Positions 8,694 through 17,071 are shown, counted from the stretch's first letter. The stretch: DNA of 24,000 nt from Nitrospira sp. (GCA_029194665.1 JARFXO010000001.1:882484-906483), one strand, 5' to 3'. Notes: generated by a model not told the origin, from the sequence alone. Numbers and translations are program-made.

Positions 8694-9790
8694 GCACGCT
8701 CCTGTGTGAACGGCACCCACGCACAGACACGTGTCCCCTCGCTCGGTGTCGATTGAATCTCCAGGTTTCCGGCAACCAGGAAAACGCGTTCCCTCATGCT
8801 CAACAGCCCGAGGCTTCCCCGCCGACCATCGTACTGATTCACATCAAATCCCACTCCATCATCGCCTATCATAAGCTGCAGGCCGTTTCGCACCCTCCGA
8901 AGCTCGACGCGCATATTCTTTGCCCTGGCATGGCGGGAAATGTTCGCTAAGCCTTCCTGTGCCACGCGGTACAAGCAGGTCACGACATCTTGCGCCACGT
9001 GTGTGGGGATGTCTTGACAGAAGAACTGGGCACGGATCCCGGTGCGGGCTTGAAAGTCATCGACGAGGCGTCGGAGCGCAATAGCTAAACCTAGGTCGTC
9101 AAGGATGGATGGGTGAAACTGATAGGCCAAGCGGCGAACATCGTCGGAAAGCTCGACGATACGGTTATGAATCGCATGCACCGTGCTGACCATACGGATG
9201 GGGGCGTCGGAAAGTTGTTGTTCCAACATTTCGATGTCGATCGACAAGAGCGCGAGGCGTTGATTGATGTCGTCGTGCAGATCGCGTGAAATCCGCCGTC
9301 GCTCTTCCTCCTGGAGGCGAAGCAGCTGCGAGGCAAGCACGCGGAGGTCCCGGCGGTTGGCTTCGAGCGATTGTTCGGTGTCGATTCGTTTTGACACCTC
9401 GCTGACGAGCGCGTTATTGACGGCCAGCAGCTCCTCGCTGCGTGCATGTAAGCGCGCGGCCCAACCCTCATCGAGGCGCTGGATCTCCTCTTCACGTTCA
9501 CGACGTTGGAGAAGGTACCAAATGGGCAGCCCGATCAGGGCCATGCTTACAACCCGAATAACTAACGGTCTCCACGAAGATTCCTCGTAGGCTTGAGGCG
9601 AAAGCGCAGTGACATCTTCCCTTGCCACAGATATAAGGTTTTCCATCTCGAACGGCGTCGCTATTTGCTGAGGAAACAGCGAGAGGAAAGAGTTCACAAC
9701 GTCTGCGGGAAGATGAAGAATCAGCAATCCGACCATCAATACGACGATACCGCCGGCAAAAACCCCGGTTCTAACTCGCGATACAAGCAT
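8690..9790 (-). CDS. Sensor histidine kinase, HisKA_3 (NarX/DegS-like) class
   Basis: Two TM helices flank a short (~55 aa) external loop. A coiled-coil linker follows, then the H-box RRRISRDLHDDINQRL. HATPase_c blocks are present (EGLANISRHA, DDGVGF, GSLGLLSMRER). The gene is coupled to the response regulator. Confidence 0.9.
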   Translation of the reverse strand: MLVSRVRTGVFAGGIVVLMVGLLILHLPADVVNSFLSLFPQQIATPFEMENLISVAREDVTALSPQAYEESSWRPLVIRVVSMALIGLPIWYLLQRREREEEIQRLDEGWAARLHARSEELLAVNNALVSEVSKRIDTEQSLEANRRDLRVLASQLLRLQEEERRRISRDLHDDINQRLALLSIDIEMLEQQLSDAPIRMVSTVHAIHNRIVELSDDVRRLAYQFHPSILDDLGLAIALRRLVDDFQARTGIRAQFFCQDIPTHVAQDVVTCLYRVAQEGLANISRHARAKNMRVELRRVRNGLQLMIGDDGVGFDVNQYDGRRGSLGLLSMRERVFLVAGNLEIQSTPSEGTRVCAWVPFTQERA

Positions 9791-9836
9791 GGGCGGACCT
9801 CACACAGTCGAATTATCCTCCTTCAGACTCGTTCAA

Positions 9837-10721
9837 TCAAGAAGGACGATCATGCTTTCGGCTCGACGGTTCTTCATCTAACCAGACATCACCCTCGGCC
9901 TGATGTTTCGCTGTCGCTGCCAACGACTTGAAATCAAAGAGGCGAGAATCCATCAAGAGAGACGGCGCGACATTGGCCAGGGCCGCGGCAATGCTGTCCG
10001 TACAACCGGGTGACTCCCGTTCCCACTGCTGAAGAAACGTCTTCACTTTCTTTCGCTTCAAATCCTCCTGAGAGCCGCAGAGGTCGCAGGGAATGATCGG
10101 AAATCCTCGCAGCTCCGCATAGCGTGCGAGGTCGGCTTCTTTCACGAGCGCAAGCGGCCGAATGACGACATGTCGACCGTCCTTGGAACGAAGCTTGGGA
10201 GGGATGGCCTTCAGCTTGCCCGTATGGAAGAGGTTCAAGAACAAGGTCTCGATGATGTCGTCGCGGTGGTGACCGAGCGCGATCTTCGTGGCTCCAAGCT
10301 CAGTCGCGATGCGATAGAGGTGGCCTCGTCGTAACCGTGAACACAACGAACAGGTCGTCTGTCCCTCCGGAATGAGGCGCTTCACGATTGAATAGGTATC
10401 GCGGGATTCAATATGGAACGAAATTCCGCGCTGCCTCAGGTATTGAGGGAGCACATGCTCGGGAAAGCCCGGTTGCCGTTGATCGAGGTTGACCGCGATT
10501 AGATCAAAGCGAATGGGCGCTCGGCGTTGCAATGCAACCAGGATATCCAGTAAACCATAACTGTCCTTACCGCCCGACAGGCACACCATCACCCTGTCAC
10601 CGTCTTCAATGAGTCGGTAGTCGGCGATGGCCTGACCCACCAGCCGGCAAAGGCGCGTCTGTATCTTCTCCGTGGCGTCGTCTAATTTCGGCGTTGAGGT
10701 TGGAGCATGCGGGACGATCAT
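9837..10721 (-). CDS. ttcA: tRNA 2-thiocytidine(32) synthetase TtcA (PP-loop ATPase)
   Basis: The PP-loop SGGKDS sits in [18 protein letters not shown]. Cys motifs [10 protein letters not shown] and IPCDLCGSQ are present. The N-terminus aligns with my recollection of E. coli TtcA if the start is the internal Met (MIVPHAP...), so I use 10721 rather than 10802. Confidence 0.85.
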   Translation of the reverse strand: MIVPHAPTSTPKLDDATEKIQTRLCRLVGQAIADYRLIEDGDRVMVCLSGGKDSYGLLDILVALQRRAPIRFDLIAVNLDQRQPGFPEHVLPQYLRQRGISFHIESRDTYSIVKRLIPEGQTTCSLCSRLRRGHLYRIATELGATKIALGHHRDDIIETLFLNLFHTGKLKAIPPKLRSKDGRHVVIRPLALVKEADLARYAELRGFPIIPCDLCGSQEDLKRKKVKTFLQQWERESPGCTDSIAAALANVAPSLLMDSRLFDFKSLAATAKHQAEGDVWLDEEPSSRKHDRPS

Positions 10722-10793
10722 GGCAAGATTGTAGCGGCTCCATTGTGATCCTGTCGACAGGACCACCCTCAGGAAAAGGTATACGATTCGTCT

Positions 10794-11291
10794 ATGGTGC
10801 AATCAATTCTCTTTGTATGTACCGGCAACGTCTTCCGCAGTATGGCGGCCGAGTATTCGGTACGGGCACGGATCTGCTTGCAATCCTCCTATCGAGTGGA
10901 ATCGGCTGGGATCAAAGCCAAGCCTCAACCCATCCATCCAATCATCTCGAATCGGTTGATCGAAAAGGGCACTGATCCATCTCCACATATCCCTCGAATG
11001 TTGACCAGAGCGCTGATCGATCGAGCTGATCTCGTGATTGCCATGGGGCGGGACCACCGCGAATTCATCGAGAAACAGTTCGGATTGAAAGTTCCGCTCT
11101 TCAATGAAGTTTCGTTCGGTGAGGACACGCCGATCCTCGACCTGCATGAGGCTCTCCCTGATTGGGAGCGTGATATCGATGAAGCCCGGTCTTATGTGGA
11201 ATCTGTCATCGACCACATCTGGGAATCAGCACCGGCGCTGATTGCACGACTCCCTCAGTTTCAGAGAAGCCGACAATCAACGAAGACGTAG
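10794..11291 (+). CDS. Low-molecular-weight phosphotyrosine phosphatase / ArsC-like family protein
   Basis: N-terminal P-loop [16 protein letters not shown] (C-X5-R-S signature) and a size of 165 aa. It is divergent from ttcA. Confidence 0.75.
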   Translation: MVQSILFVCTGNVFRSMAAEYSVRARICLQSSYRVESAGIKAKPQPIHPIISNRLIEKGTDPSPHIPRMLTRALIDRADLVIAMGRDHREFIEKQFGLKVPLFNEVSFGEDTPILDLHEALPDWERDIDEARSYVESVIDHIWESAPALIARLPQFQRSRQSTKT

Positions 11292-11439
11292 CGTCGGTCC
11301 AAATCGGAACCGTTTGCGCAATCTCCTGTTCACCTGCCTCTCTACCATCTCAGTGAAGCCTCCTCGTCAGACGAGATAAGCACCGCATGCTATATTTTCA
11401 TGGGCGGAAAAATAAGCGCATTTCAGAGGCCTATTTGTC

Positions 11440-12501
11440 ATGGACCGTACAGTCTCCGACGCTTTGAGGACACCTGTCAGCGGCCAGGATGAGCCACAAT
11501 GGGCCTCCTGGTCTGACGATGCGCTGTTGGACCTCCCGATGTGCGGACTGGATGTCGGATTCAAGGGCGGATTCCTCGAACGGCCCATCGCCGAATTAAC
11601 TCGTGAGCTGGAAGGCCGTGGATTGCTGTTTCGTCCGCACTTCTGGCTCTCCAACGAGTGGTTTACTCCCGATGGAGTCCCCGGCATCGCCGTCCCCTTC
11701 TACCTGGCCCATCCTCGCCTGGCAAAACTGGAAGAAGCCCAAATGTTTGAAGTGGAAGGCGGCACCAAGGAATGGTGTTTGCGAATCCTTCGTCACGAGG
11801 CGGGCCACGCGATCGAAAATGCCTACAAACTCCGCCGGCGAAAAACTCGCCGGCACATTTTCGGCAAGTCTTCTGAACGGTACCCGCTGTACTACTCCCC
11901 CCGCCCCTATAGCCGTAGTTTCGTGCGCCACTTGGACTTGTGGTACGCGCAAAGCCATCCGGACGAAGACTTCGCCGAGACCTTTGCCGTGTGGCTGACG
12001 CCGGACTCCTTATGGGAGGAACGGTACCGAGGGTGGCCGGTGCTCAAGAAGCTCCGGTATGTCGATGGGCTGATGAAAGAACTCAGCGGAACCCCACCGT
12101 TCGTGACAACACAAGAAGAGGTCGATGCGCTTCCCAGTTTGAAAAAGACCCTACGGGAGCATTACGAGCGTAAACGGAGACATTATGGAATCGATCGCCA
12201 CTTGCAGTATGACCCGGATCTGAAGCGACTGTTTTCGACCATGCCGAGCCATGCGAGCAAACTGAGCGCCGCCACCTTTCTGAACCGTTTTCGCCGAGAA
12301 GTGCGACGAAAGGTGGCGAGTTGGACCGGTGAGTACCAATACACGATCGACCAAGTACTGGAGGATATGATCCAGCGGTGCCGCGAACTGAATCTACGAG
12401 TTCCCGCCGCGGAAGAGCAGGCCAAGCTCGATTTCACCATCCTTCTGACCGTTCACACCATGAACTTTTTGCGAAGTGGACGGCATCGAGTGGCCCTATG
12501 A
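11440..12501 (+). CDS. Putative zinc metallopeptidase-like protein (HExxH)
   Basis: HEAGH in LRILRHEAGHAIENAY, followed by a downstream HPDEDFAETFAVW block (a possible third ligand). The stop overlaps the ATP-grasp start (ATGA). From memory it resembles the 'putative zinc-binding metallopeptidase' family found next to ATP-grasp ligases. This was not verified. Confidence 0.65.
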   Translation: MDRTVSDALRTPVSGQDEPQWASWSDDALLDLPMCGLDVGFKGGFLERPIAELTRELEGRGLLFRPHFWLSNEWFTPDGVPGIAVPFYLAHPRLAKLEEAQMFEVEGGTKEWCLRILRHEAGHAIENAYKLRRRKTRRHIFGKSSERYPLYYSPRPYSRSFVRHLDLWYAQSHPDEDFAETFAVWLTPDSLWEERYRGWPVLKKLRYVDGLMKELSGTPPFVTTQEEVDALPSLKKTLREHYERKRRHYGIDRHLQYDPDLKRLFSTMPSHASKLSAATFLNRFRREVRRKVASWTGEYQYTIDQVLEDMIQRCRELNLRVPAAEEQAKLDFTILLTVHTMNFLRSGRHRVAL

Positions 12502-13520
12502 AGAGACTTCGCGTACTGGTCCTCATGCATGAAGACCTTGTGCCTCCCAAAGAGGCGGACGGCTACGACTTGAAAACCGTGGGGTGGAGGACGGAATATG
12601 ACGTCCTCTCGACATTGAAGAAACTGGGACACGAGGTGTATCCCCTCGGCGTCAGGAGCGATCTCGGGGTCATCCACTCCGCCATAGAGAATTGGAAGCC
12701 GGACATCGCCTTTAACCTCTTGGAAGAGTTTGACGGTATGGCCGTCTATGACCAGCATGTAGTGTCGTATCTCGAACTCTTGCGCCTGCCCTACACGGGC
12801 TGTAATCCGCGCGGACTGATGTTGGCACGCGACAAAGCCTTGACCAAAAAAGTGCTGTCCTTTCACCGAATTCCCTACCCTGAATTCATCGAGGTCCCTC
12901 AAGGACGCACGGTGAAACGGCCCAAGTGGCTGTCCTTTCCGCTGATCATCAAATCGGTTAACGAAGAAGCCTCGCTGGGCATCTCCCAAGCCTCGATCGT
13001 CGTGGACGACGACAAAATGAGTGAGCGAGTGGCCTTCGTTCATGAGAGCGTCGGCAGCGGAGCGCTGATCGAACGGTATATCGAAGGTCGCGAGTTCTAT
13101 GTGGGAATCATCGGGAACGGGCACCTTCAAGTATTGCCGGTGTGGGAACTCATCCTGGACCAGCTGCCGGAGGACGCCAAACGCATCGCAACGGAACGGG
13201 TGAAATGGAGCCGGAAGTATCAGCAGAAGTACGGCATCACTTCAAGAGAAGCCGACAATTTGCCGGAGGGCAAGCGCGAAGAAATTCAGAATCTGGCGAA
13301 ACGCGTCTATCGTGTGCTTGGACTCAGCGGCTATGCCCGCATCGACATGCGCATGGCCGGCGACGGACAACTCTACGTCCTGGAGGCCAATCCCAACCCT
13401 CAGATCGCGGAAGACGAAGATTTCGCCCATTCGGCGAAGAAAGCCGACTACCATTACACAGAGTTGCTCCAAGAAATCTTGAACGTGGGCCTTCGCCGGG
13501 GCCCGGCCAAAGCGGCGTGA
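12498..13520 (+). CDS. ATP-grasp ligase, D-Ala-D-Ala-ligase-like family
   Basis: I place the start at the internal ATG (MKRLRVLVLMHEDLVPP...). ATP-grasp pattern is present: KALTKKVL, FPLIIKSVNEEASLGI, IERYIEGREFYVGIIGN, ARIDMRM..DG.LYVLEANPNP. Confidence 0.85.
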   Translation: MKRLRVLVLMHEDLVPPKEADGYDLKTVGWRTEYDVLSTLKKLGHEVYPLGVRSDLGVIHSAIENWKPDIAFNLLEEFDGMAVYDQHVVSYLELLRLPYTGCNPRGLMLARDKALTKKVLSFHRIPYPEFIEVPQGRTVKRPKWLSFPLIIKSVNEEASLGISQASIVVDDDKMSERVAFVHESVGSGALIERYIEGREFYVGIIGNGHLQVLPVWELILDQLPEDAKRIATERVKWSRKYQQKYGITSREADNLPEGKREEIQNLAKRVYRVLGLSGYARIDMRMAGDGQLYVLEANPNPQIAEDEDFAHSAKKADYHYTELLQEILNVGLRRGPAKAA

Positions 13521-13538
13521 ATCTGCTGCGACGGACTA

Positions 13539-13633
13539 CCGGGCATGGCGCTGTTAGCTGGAACAACTCTGCGTCGTCTCAGCCGCAACTCTCAGCGTGC
13601 GAGTTCGTTCTTCCATATTCCTGCCGAGCAGGT
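13539..13633 (+). pseudogene. Relic of a kup 3' end (fragment f1)
   Basis: Aligns by eye with kup 22812-22906. Translation PGMALLAGTTLRRLSRNSQRASSFFHIPAEQV compares with Kup PGMALWRERLFIFLSRNSQLASSFFHIPAEQV. There is no kup body upstream, because the ATP-grasp stop is 18 nt away. Confidence 0.6.
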
Positions 13634-13703
13634 GGCCGAAAACGCAGTACTCATTGGCACATGTTCTTGAGGTTCATCGCCCAATTCGCGTATATACGCT
13701 CGT

Positions 13704-14021
13704 GTGCTCGGATGGGATATTCAGAAGGCTATTGCCAACTATGAGAAGCATGGCGTTTCCTTTGAAGAGGCGACGACGGCGTTTAGTGATCCCAATGGCT
13801 TAGATGGTGAAGATATTGCTCATTCGCAACATGAGCGTCGTCGGCAACGGCTCGCACAATCAGTCACCGATCGTATTCTGCTGGTGATCTATACGATCAG
13901 GAGAAGAAACCATGAAAAAGAAATCATCCGTCTCATCAGCGCTAGGCAAGCGAGCCGCAAGGAACGTCAAGCATATGCCCGATTCACAGATTGGCTTCTC
14001 CGACATCCCTCAGTTGTCTGA
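13704..14021 (+). CDS. brnT: BrnT-family toxin (DUF497)
   Basis: (M)LGWDIQKAIANYEKHGVSFEEATTAFSDPN...ILLVIYTIR...IRLISARQASRKERQAY matches the BrnT pattern (WD..KA..N..KHG.SFEEA ... IISAR.A...E...Y). GTG start. The C-terminus runs about 12 aa past where I remember homologues ending. Confidence 0.8.
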   Translation: MLGWDIQKAIANYEKHGVSFEEATTAFSDPNGLDGEDIAHSQHERRRQRLAQSVTDRILLVIYTIRRRNHEKEIIRLISARQASRKERQAYARFTDWLLRHPSVV

Positions 14022-14205
14022 TGAACAACTGAAGCGGATGCGTCGGGTCGGACGGCCTGTTACCGGAATGGCCAAGCAGGTGATTGCCATTCGGCTGTCG
14101 CCGGACCTCGTGGCGGCGTTGCGCAGGATGGCGGCCAAGCAGGGTAAGCCTTACCAAACCTTGATCCATGAATTACTAGAGCAAGCCGCCTCACGAGCAG
14201 CGTAA
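13912..14205 (+). CDS. brnA: BrnA-family antitoxin (RHH/CopG-like)
   Basis: SDIPQLSDEQLKRMRRVGRP......IAIRLSPDLVAALRRMAAKQGKPYQTLIHELL matches the BrnA pattern. ATG at 13912 is preceded by AGGAGA. An alternative start is ATG at 13975. Either start overlaps brnT, by 110 or 47 nt. Confidence 0.75.
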   Translation: MKKKSSVSSALGKRAARNVKHMPDSQIGFSDIPQLSDEQLKRMRRVGRPVTGMAKQVIAIRLSPDLVAALRRMAAKQGKPYQTLIHELLEQAASRAA

Positions 14206-14234
14206 AAGCTTCTTGTGTCATCCAACGATTCTAG

Positions 14235-15088
14235 GGCGTGTCATCAATTAATTTTCTCGATTCACAGAGCCATCGTGTTGTGATTTACTCCGTCCCAGAC
14301 CAAAGGAGGGGTCTGCGGATGGTGAGACGGTATGGATTGCGTGATGACCAATGGGAGAAGATCGAGCATCTGCTGCCTGGTCGTGAAGAGACGGTGGGCG
14401 TGACGGCGAAGGACAACCGGCTGTTTGTGGAAGCGGTGTTGTACCGGTATCGCGCGGGGATCCCGTGGCGGGATCTGCCGGAGCGGTTCGGAGATTTCCG
14501 AGTGATCCACACACGCCATACGCGCTGGAGTCGACGCGGCGTCTGGAAGCGGGTGTTTGAACGTCTTGCTGACGATCCTGACAACGAATACGCGATGATC
14601 GATTCCACCATCGTTCGTGCCCACCAGCACAGCGCTGGTGCAAAAGGGGGCACCACGCGCAGGAAGCCATCGGACGCAGCAAGGGTGGCCTGACCACCAA
14701 AATCCACGCCACCTGTGATGCGTTGGGTAACCCAACGGGGTTTCATCTCACCCCAGGGCAGGCGCATGACCTGGAGGGCGCCGATGTCTTGCTACCCGGC
14801 ATTGACGCGGATACCATCATTGCCGATAAGGCCTTTGATGCCGATGAACGGGTGATCCAGCCGCTGCAACGAGCGGGCAAGGTCGTGGTCATTCCCCCCA
14901 AAGCCAACAGAACCACCCCCCGCGAATACGATCAAGACCTCTACCGAGCCCGGCATCTGATTGAGAACTTCTTCGCCAGACTCAAGCAATTCCGCGCCAT
15001 CGCCACCCGCTACGACAAACGCGCCGCCAATTTCCTCGGTGCCATCTATCTCGCTGCTTCAATGACATGGCTTAATTGATGACACGCC
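14235..15088 (+). mobile_element. IS5-family insertion sequence (IS427/IS1031-like), apparently intact
   Basis: Perfect 17-bp terminal inverted repeats GGCGTGTCATCAATTAA (14235-14251) and TTAATTGATGACACGCC (15072-15088). CTAG flanks both sides (14231-14234 and 15089-15092). Because CTAG is palindromic, this is equally readable as an 18-bp IR with a TA duplication. The 854-bp size fits this IS group. Confidence 0.9.
14319..15079 (+). CDS. IS5-family DDE transposase, two frames joined by a -1 frameshift
   Basis: OrfA begins at ATG 14319 (after AAAGGAGGGG): MVRRYGLRDDQWEKIEHLLPG...IVRAHQHSAGAKGG. The -1 frame continues ...QEAIGRSKGGLTTKIHATCDALGNPTGFHLTPGQAHD...YRARHLIENFFARLKQFRAIATRYDK. The shift is at the A AAA GGG GG run (14642-14650). 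The stop lies inside the right IR. Confidence 0.9.
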
Positions 15089-15276
15089 CTAGTTTCGAGA
15101 CGCGACTCCTGAAGATTGTTTTAGAGGTCTGTGCTCAACAGGTCGGTCACATCGTCCAAGCTGGACAGGTAGTCCATCTACCCCAGCTGGCACAATCGGA
15201 TCGCTCCGGTTCCCTGAAACAACGCTGACCAGACCGAAATATCGCCAGGCCTCGTCAATGTTGGATTACAAGACGC

Positions 15277-15534
15277 GTCCCCCTTTTGCACGACTGTACA
15301 GGCTTTATGGGATGATTCTACAGATCAAGACTTCAGCTCACGGACAGGGAGCCCTCACAGGATTGAGCCGCTACCATGTTGTACCGCGTCAAGAGAAGAA
15401 CTGTTGCCACTCGCGGTCATTAACGGGTTGTGAGCATTGTCCTGTGAAGTAACAGAAGGTGCCGGGAGGTTTGGGGAAGTGTGAGACCATGGGGTTATGA
15501 CTTAATGCACAAGACAAGACTTGCCCCCGCCGCG
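15277..15534 (+). repeat. ~258-bp repeat unit, copy 1
   Basis: Direct repeat of 17072-17330, very roughly 85-90% identical by eye. It runs from GTCCCCCTTT... to ...AATGCACAAGACAAGACTTGCCCCCGCCGCG. It contains a 46-codon ORF (15312-15452) that is also kept open in copy 2. Confidence 0.85.
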
Positions 15535-15642
15535 TCTTCTTCAGGGCTGATGTGAAAACCTATCGCAGCGCTTATATGCGGCTCAGTCGCCGCACGGCAC
15601 TATAAGTAGTCGGCCGTCTAGATACGTAAGTCACGGACCTAC

Positions 15643-15680
15643 GGTTTGATTCATCGAATGCACAAAACAAGATCTGCCCC
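15643..15680 (+). repeat. Solo 3'-end fragment of the ~258-bp repeat
   Basis: GGTTTGATTCATCGAATGCACAAAACAAGATCTGCCCC resembles the copy-1 end GGGGTTATGACTTAATGCACAAGACAAGACTTGCCCCC and the copy-2 end GGGATTATGAATTAATGCACAAGACTAGACTTGACTCC. Confidence 0.6.
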
Positions 15681-15738
15681 TTAGCTGTTTCCGCATACGT
15701 CGGCCACATTGTCTAACCTGCCAACAATCCAACCCCAT

Positions 15739-15812
15739 AATTTCCAGCAGACACGTTCGTTCTCCATATTCCCACCGAGGTCCTTGAGATCGGCGTGGTA
15801 GTGGAAATCTAA
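15739..15812 (+). pseudogene. Relic of a kup 3' end including the stop codon (fragment f2)
   Basis: GTTCGTTCTCCATATTCCCACCGAGGTCCTTGAGATCGGCGTGGTAGTGGAAATCTAA compares with the kup end GTTCCTTCTTCCATATTCCCGCTGAGCAGGTCGTTGAGATCGGCGTGGTCGTGGAGATCTAG. It encodes ..HIPTEVLEIGVVVEI* against Kup FHIPAEQVVEIGVVVEI*, and carries 1-nt and 3-nt deletions. Confidence 0.65.
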
Positions 15813-16116
15813 TGGGGTGTCCTCGAGGGCAGTTCGTTGTGAGCCTGTCGAACCATAAACGGAACGATATGAGGTCCTGCCGTTCTCAGCAACCTCATGA
15901 TGAACAGAGCGTCACCAGGATTTATGGACACTACCGCCAGGGCTGCGCCGGCTGATCCATAGCCTCGATGGAAATGGTCGATAGCACTAGCGCAGGTTCG
16001 TCTCGATCGTGTAACTTTCGGCAGTCTCTAATGAACGGCGAGGCCGTACATCCCGTCGTGCTCACATCACCTTTCAGAGATCATCTTCGATGTTGCGTGT
16101 CTCACATGGCTGACAA

Positions 16117-16772
16117 GTTGAGTAGCGCAGGAGAATTTCACTCCCACGCCCTTCCAGAACTGGGCGTGAACCTCTCGATTCATCCGGCTCCTATCGTCCA
16201 ACTGCTACCAACGGTTTTGTCTTATCCCTGCAGGTCCTCCCCTCATGGGTTGCCCACCCGATAAGACCAGACGACACCGCCCCTTCGGTCCGGTCTCATT
16301 ACGGAACCTTCTACCCTACTATGAGCGACTCCGCCCCTGTGCCCCGCCTCGGTACTCAAGCGCTTGCGGGGACTCCCCGATTGCGCGTCTCCCTTTGCAT
16401 CAGAGTGACAGGTTCCTACGTTCCTCATCCATGCCTGCATCAAGATCACGCTGCCTTCATGCCGGACGCCAGTGGAGCCGTAGACAGGTTCCCCTCCACC
16501 TGCTTCGCGGGATAGAGCCTCGATCTCGGTTTTGACGCCGCTTAAGGTCCTTCGACACGTCCTCAGCGGTTCACTTGCGTTCGTCTTCTTGATTCTCACC
16601 TGACGGAGTGTCTCTCCGCCTTGTCCGGCAACGCTCACGACGACGACTCTTGATCGCCGCCGCTTGCCGCGGTTTGAAGTCTGCACCTGCACGCCGACTT
16701 CGAGGGGCCTCCCCTCATCATGAATAAAGCACCGCCACCATCGCTCTCGCGAAAGTCGCGTTCGTAGCACAC
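16117..16772 (-). mobile_element. ORF-less group II intron (ribozyme-only, ~656 nt)
   Basis: All on the minus strand:
- The 5' end reads GUGUGCUACG at 16772.
- Domain V is 34 nt, GAGCCGGAUGAAUCGAGAGGUUCACGCCCAGUUC (16190-16157). It has the AGC triad, a GAGA tetraloop and an AC bulge, but two C/A mismatches in the lower stem.
- A domain VI-like hairpin has one unpaired A (16123) 7 nt from the proposed 3' end ...GCGCUACUCAAC (16117).
- EBS1 AGGCUC (16520-16515) is complementary to the last 6 nt of the 5' flank, GAGCCU (16778-16773).
- EBS2 ACUCC (16609-16605) is complementary to GGAGU (16786-16782).
- Domain IV is a short hairpin (GUCUUAUC...GAUAAGAC) with no reverse-transcriptase ORF. Confidence 0.7.
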
Positions 16773-17071
16773 AGGCTCCCGACTCCTTTTATTCGATGCA
16801 GAAAACGTCAATGAGGCGAACGTGTGCCAGGCGGCGTGCCGGGCGTCCTGATGCGGCAGACCGGACGCGCCGTGGTTCCGTGGCGGCAAGTTCGGCCCGC
16901 ATAGAAAGGGTCATCAACCTTTTCAGGTCTCATCGCTTTGTCACAGTATGAACCCGGAGCGAACGGCGGAAAGCCGTTTGACTGCGAGGTGAGGGTTACG
17001 GACAAACGACACTGACGAGAAAGGCGGGTTTTATCCTTGAGTACAGGCGTGGGCACCATGAAAAGTAGAAT

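Noticed and set aside
14248-14767. Three overlapping minus-strand ORFs (154-160 aa) inside the IS
   Set aside because: They are antisense to a transposase with clear IS5-family motifs, and their composition is low-complexity Arg/Pro/Ser.
16243-16770. 175-aa ORF inside the intron as a possible intron-encoded protein
   Set aside because: It has no reverse-transcriptase, maturase or En motifs and is Arg/Gly-rich. It starts at nt 3 of the intron and runs through domains I-III. It is better explained as a chance frame in structured GC-rich RNA.
16773-17071. A possible second intron or domain V-like helix in the 5' flank of the intron (GGGCCGAAC...GUCCGGUCU)
   Set aside because: The helix lacks the AGC triad and a GNRA tetraloop (its loop is 11 nt). 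No GUGYG 5' end is convincingly associated with it. The GGUGCC at 17055 is not a good match.
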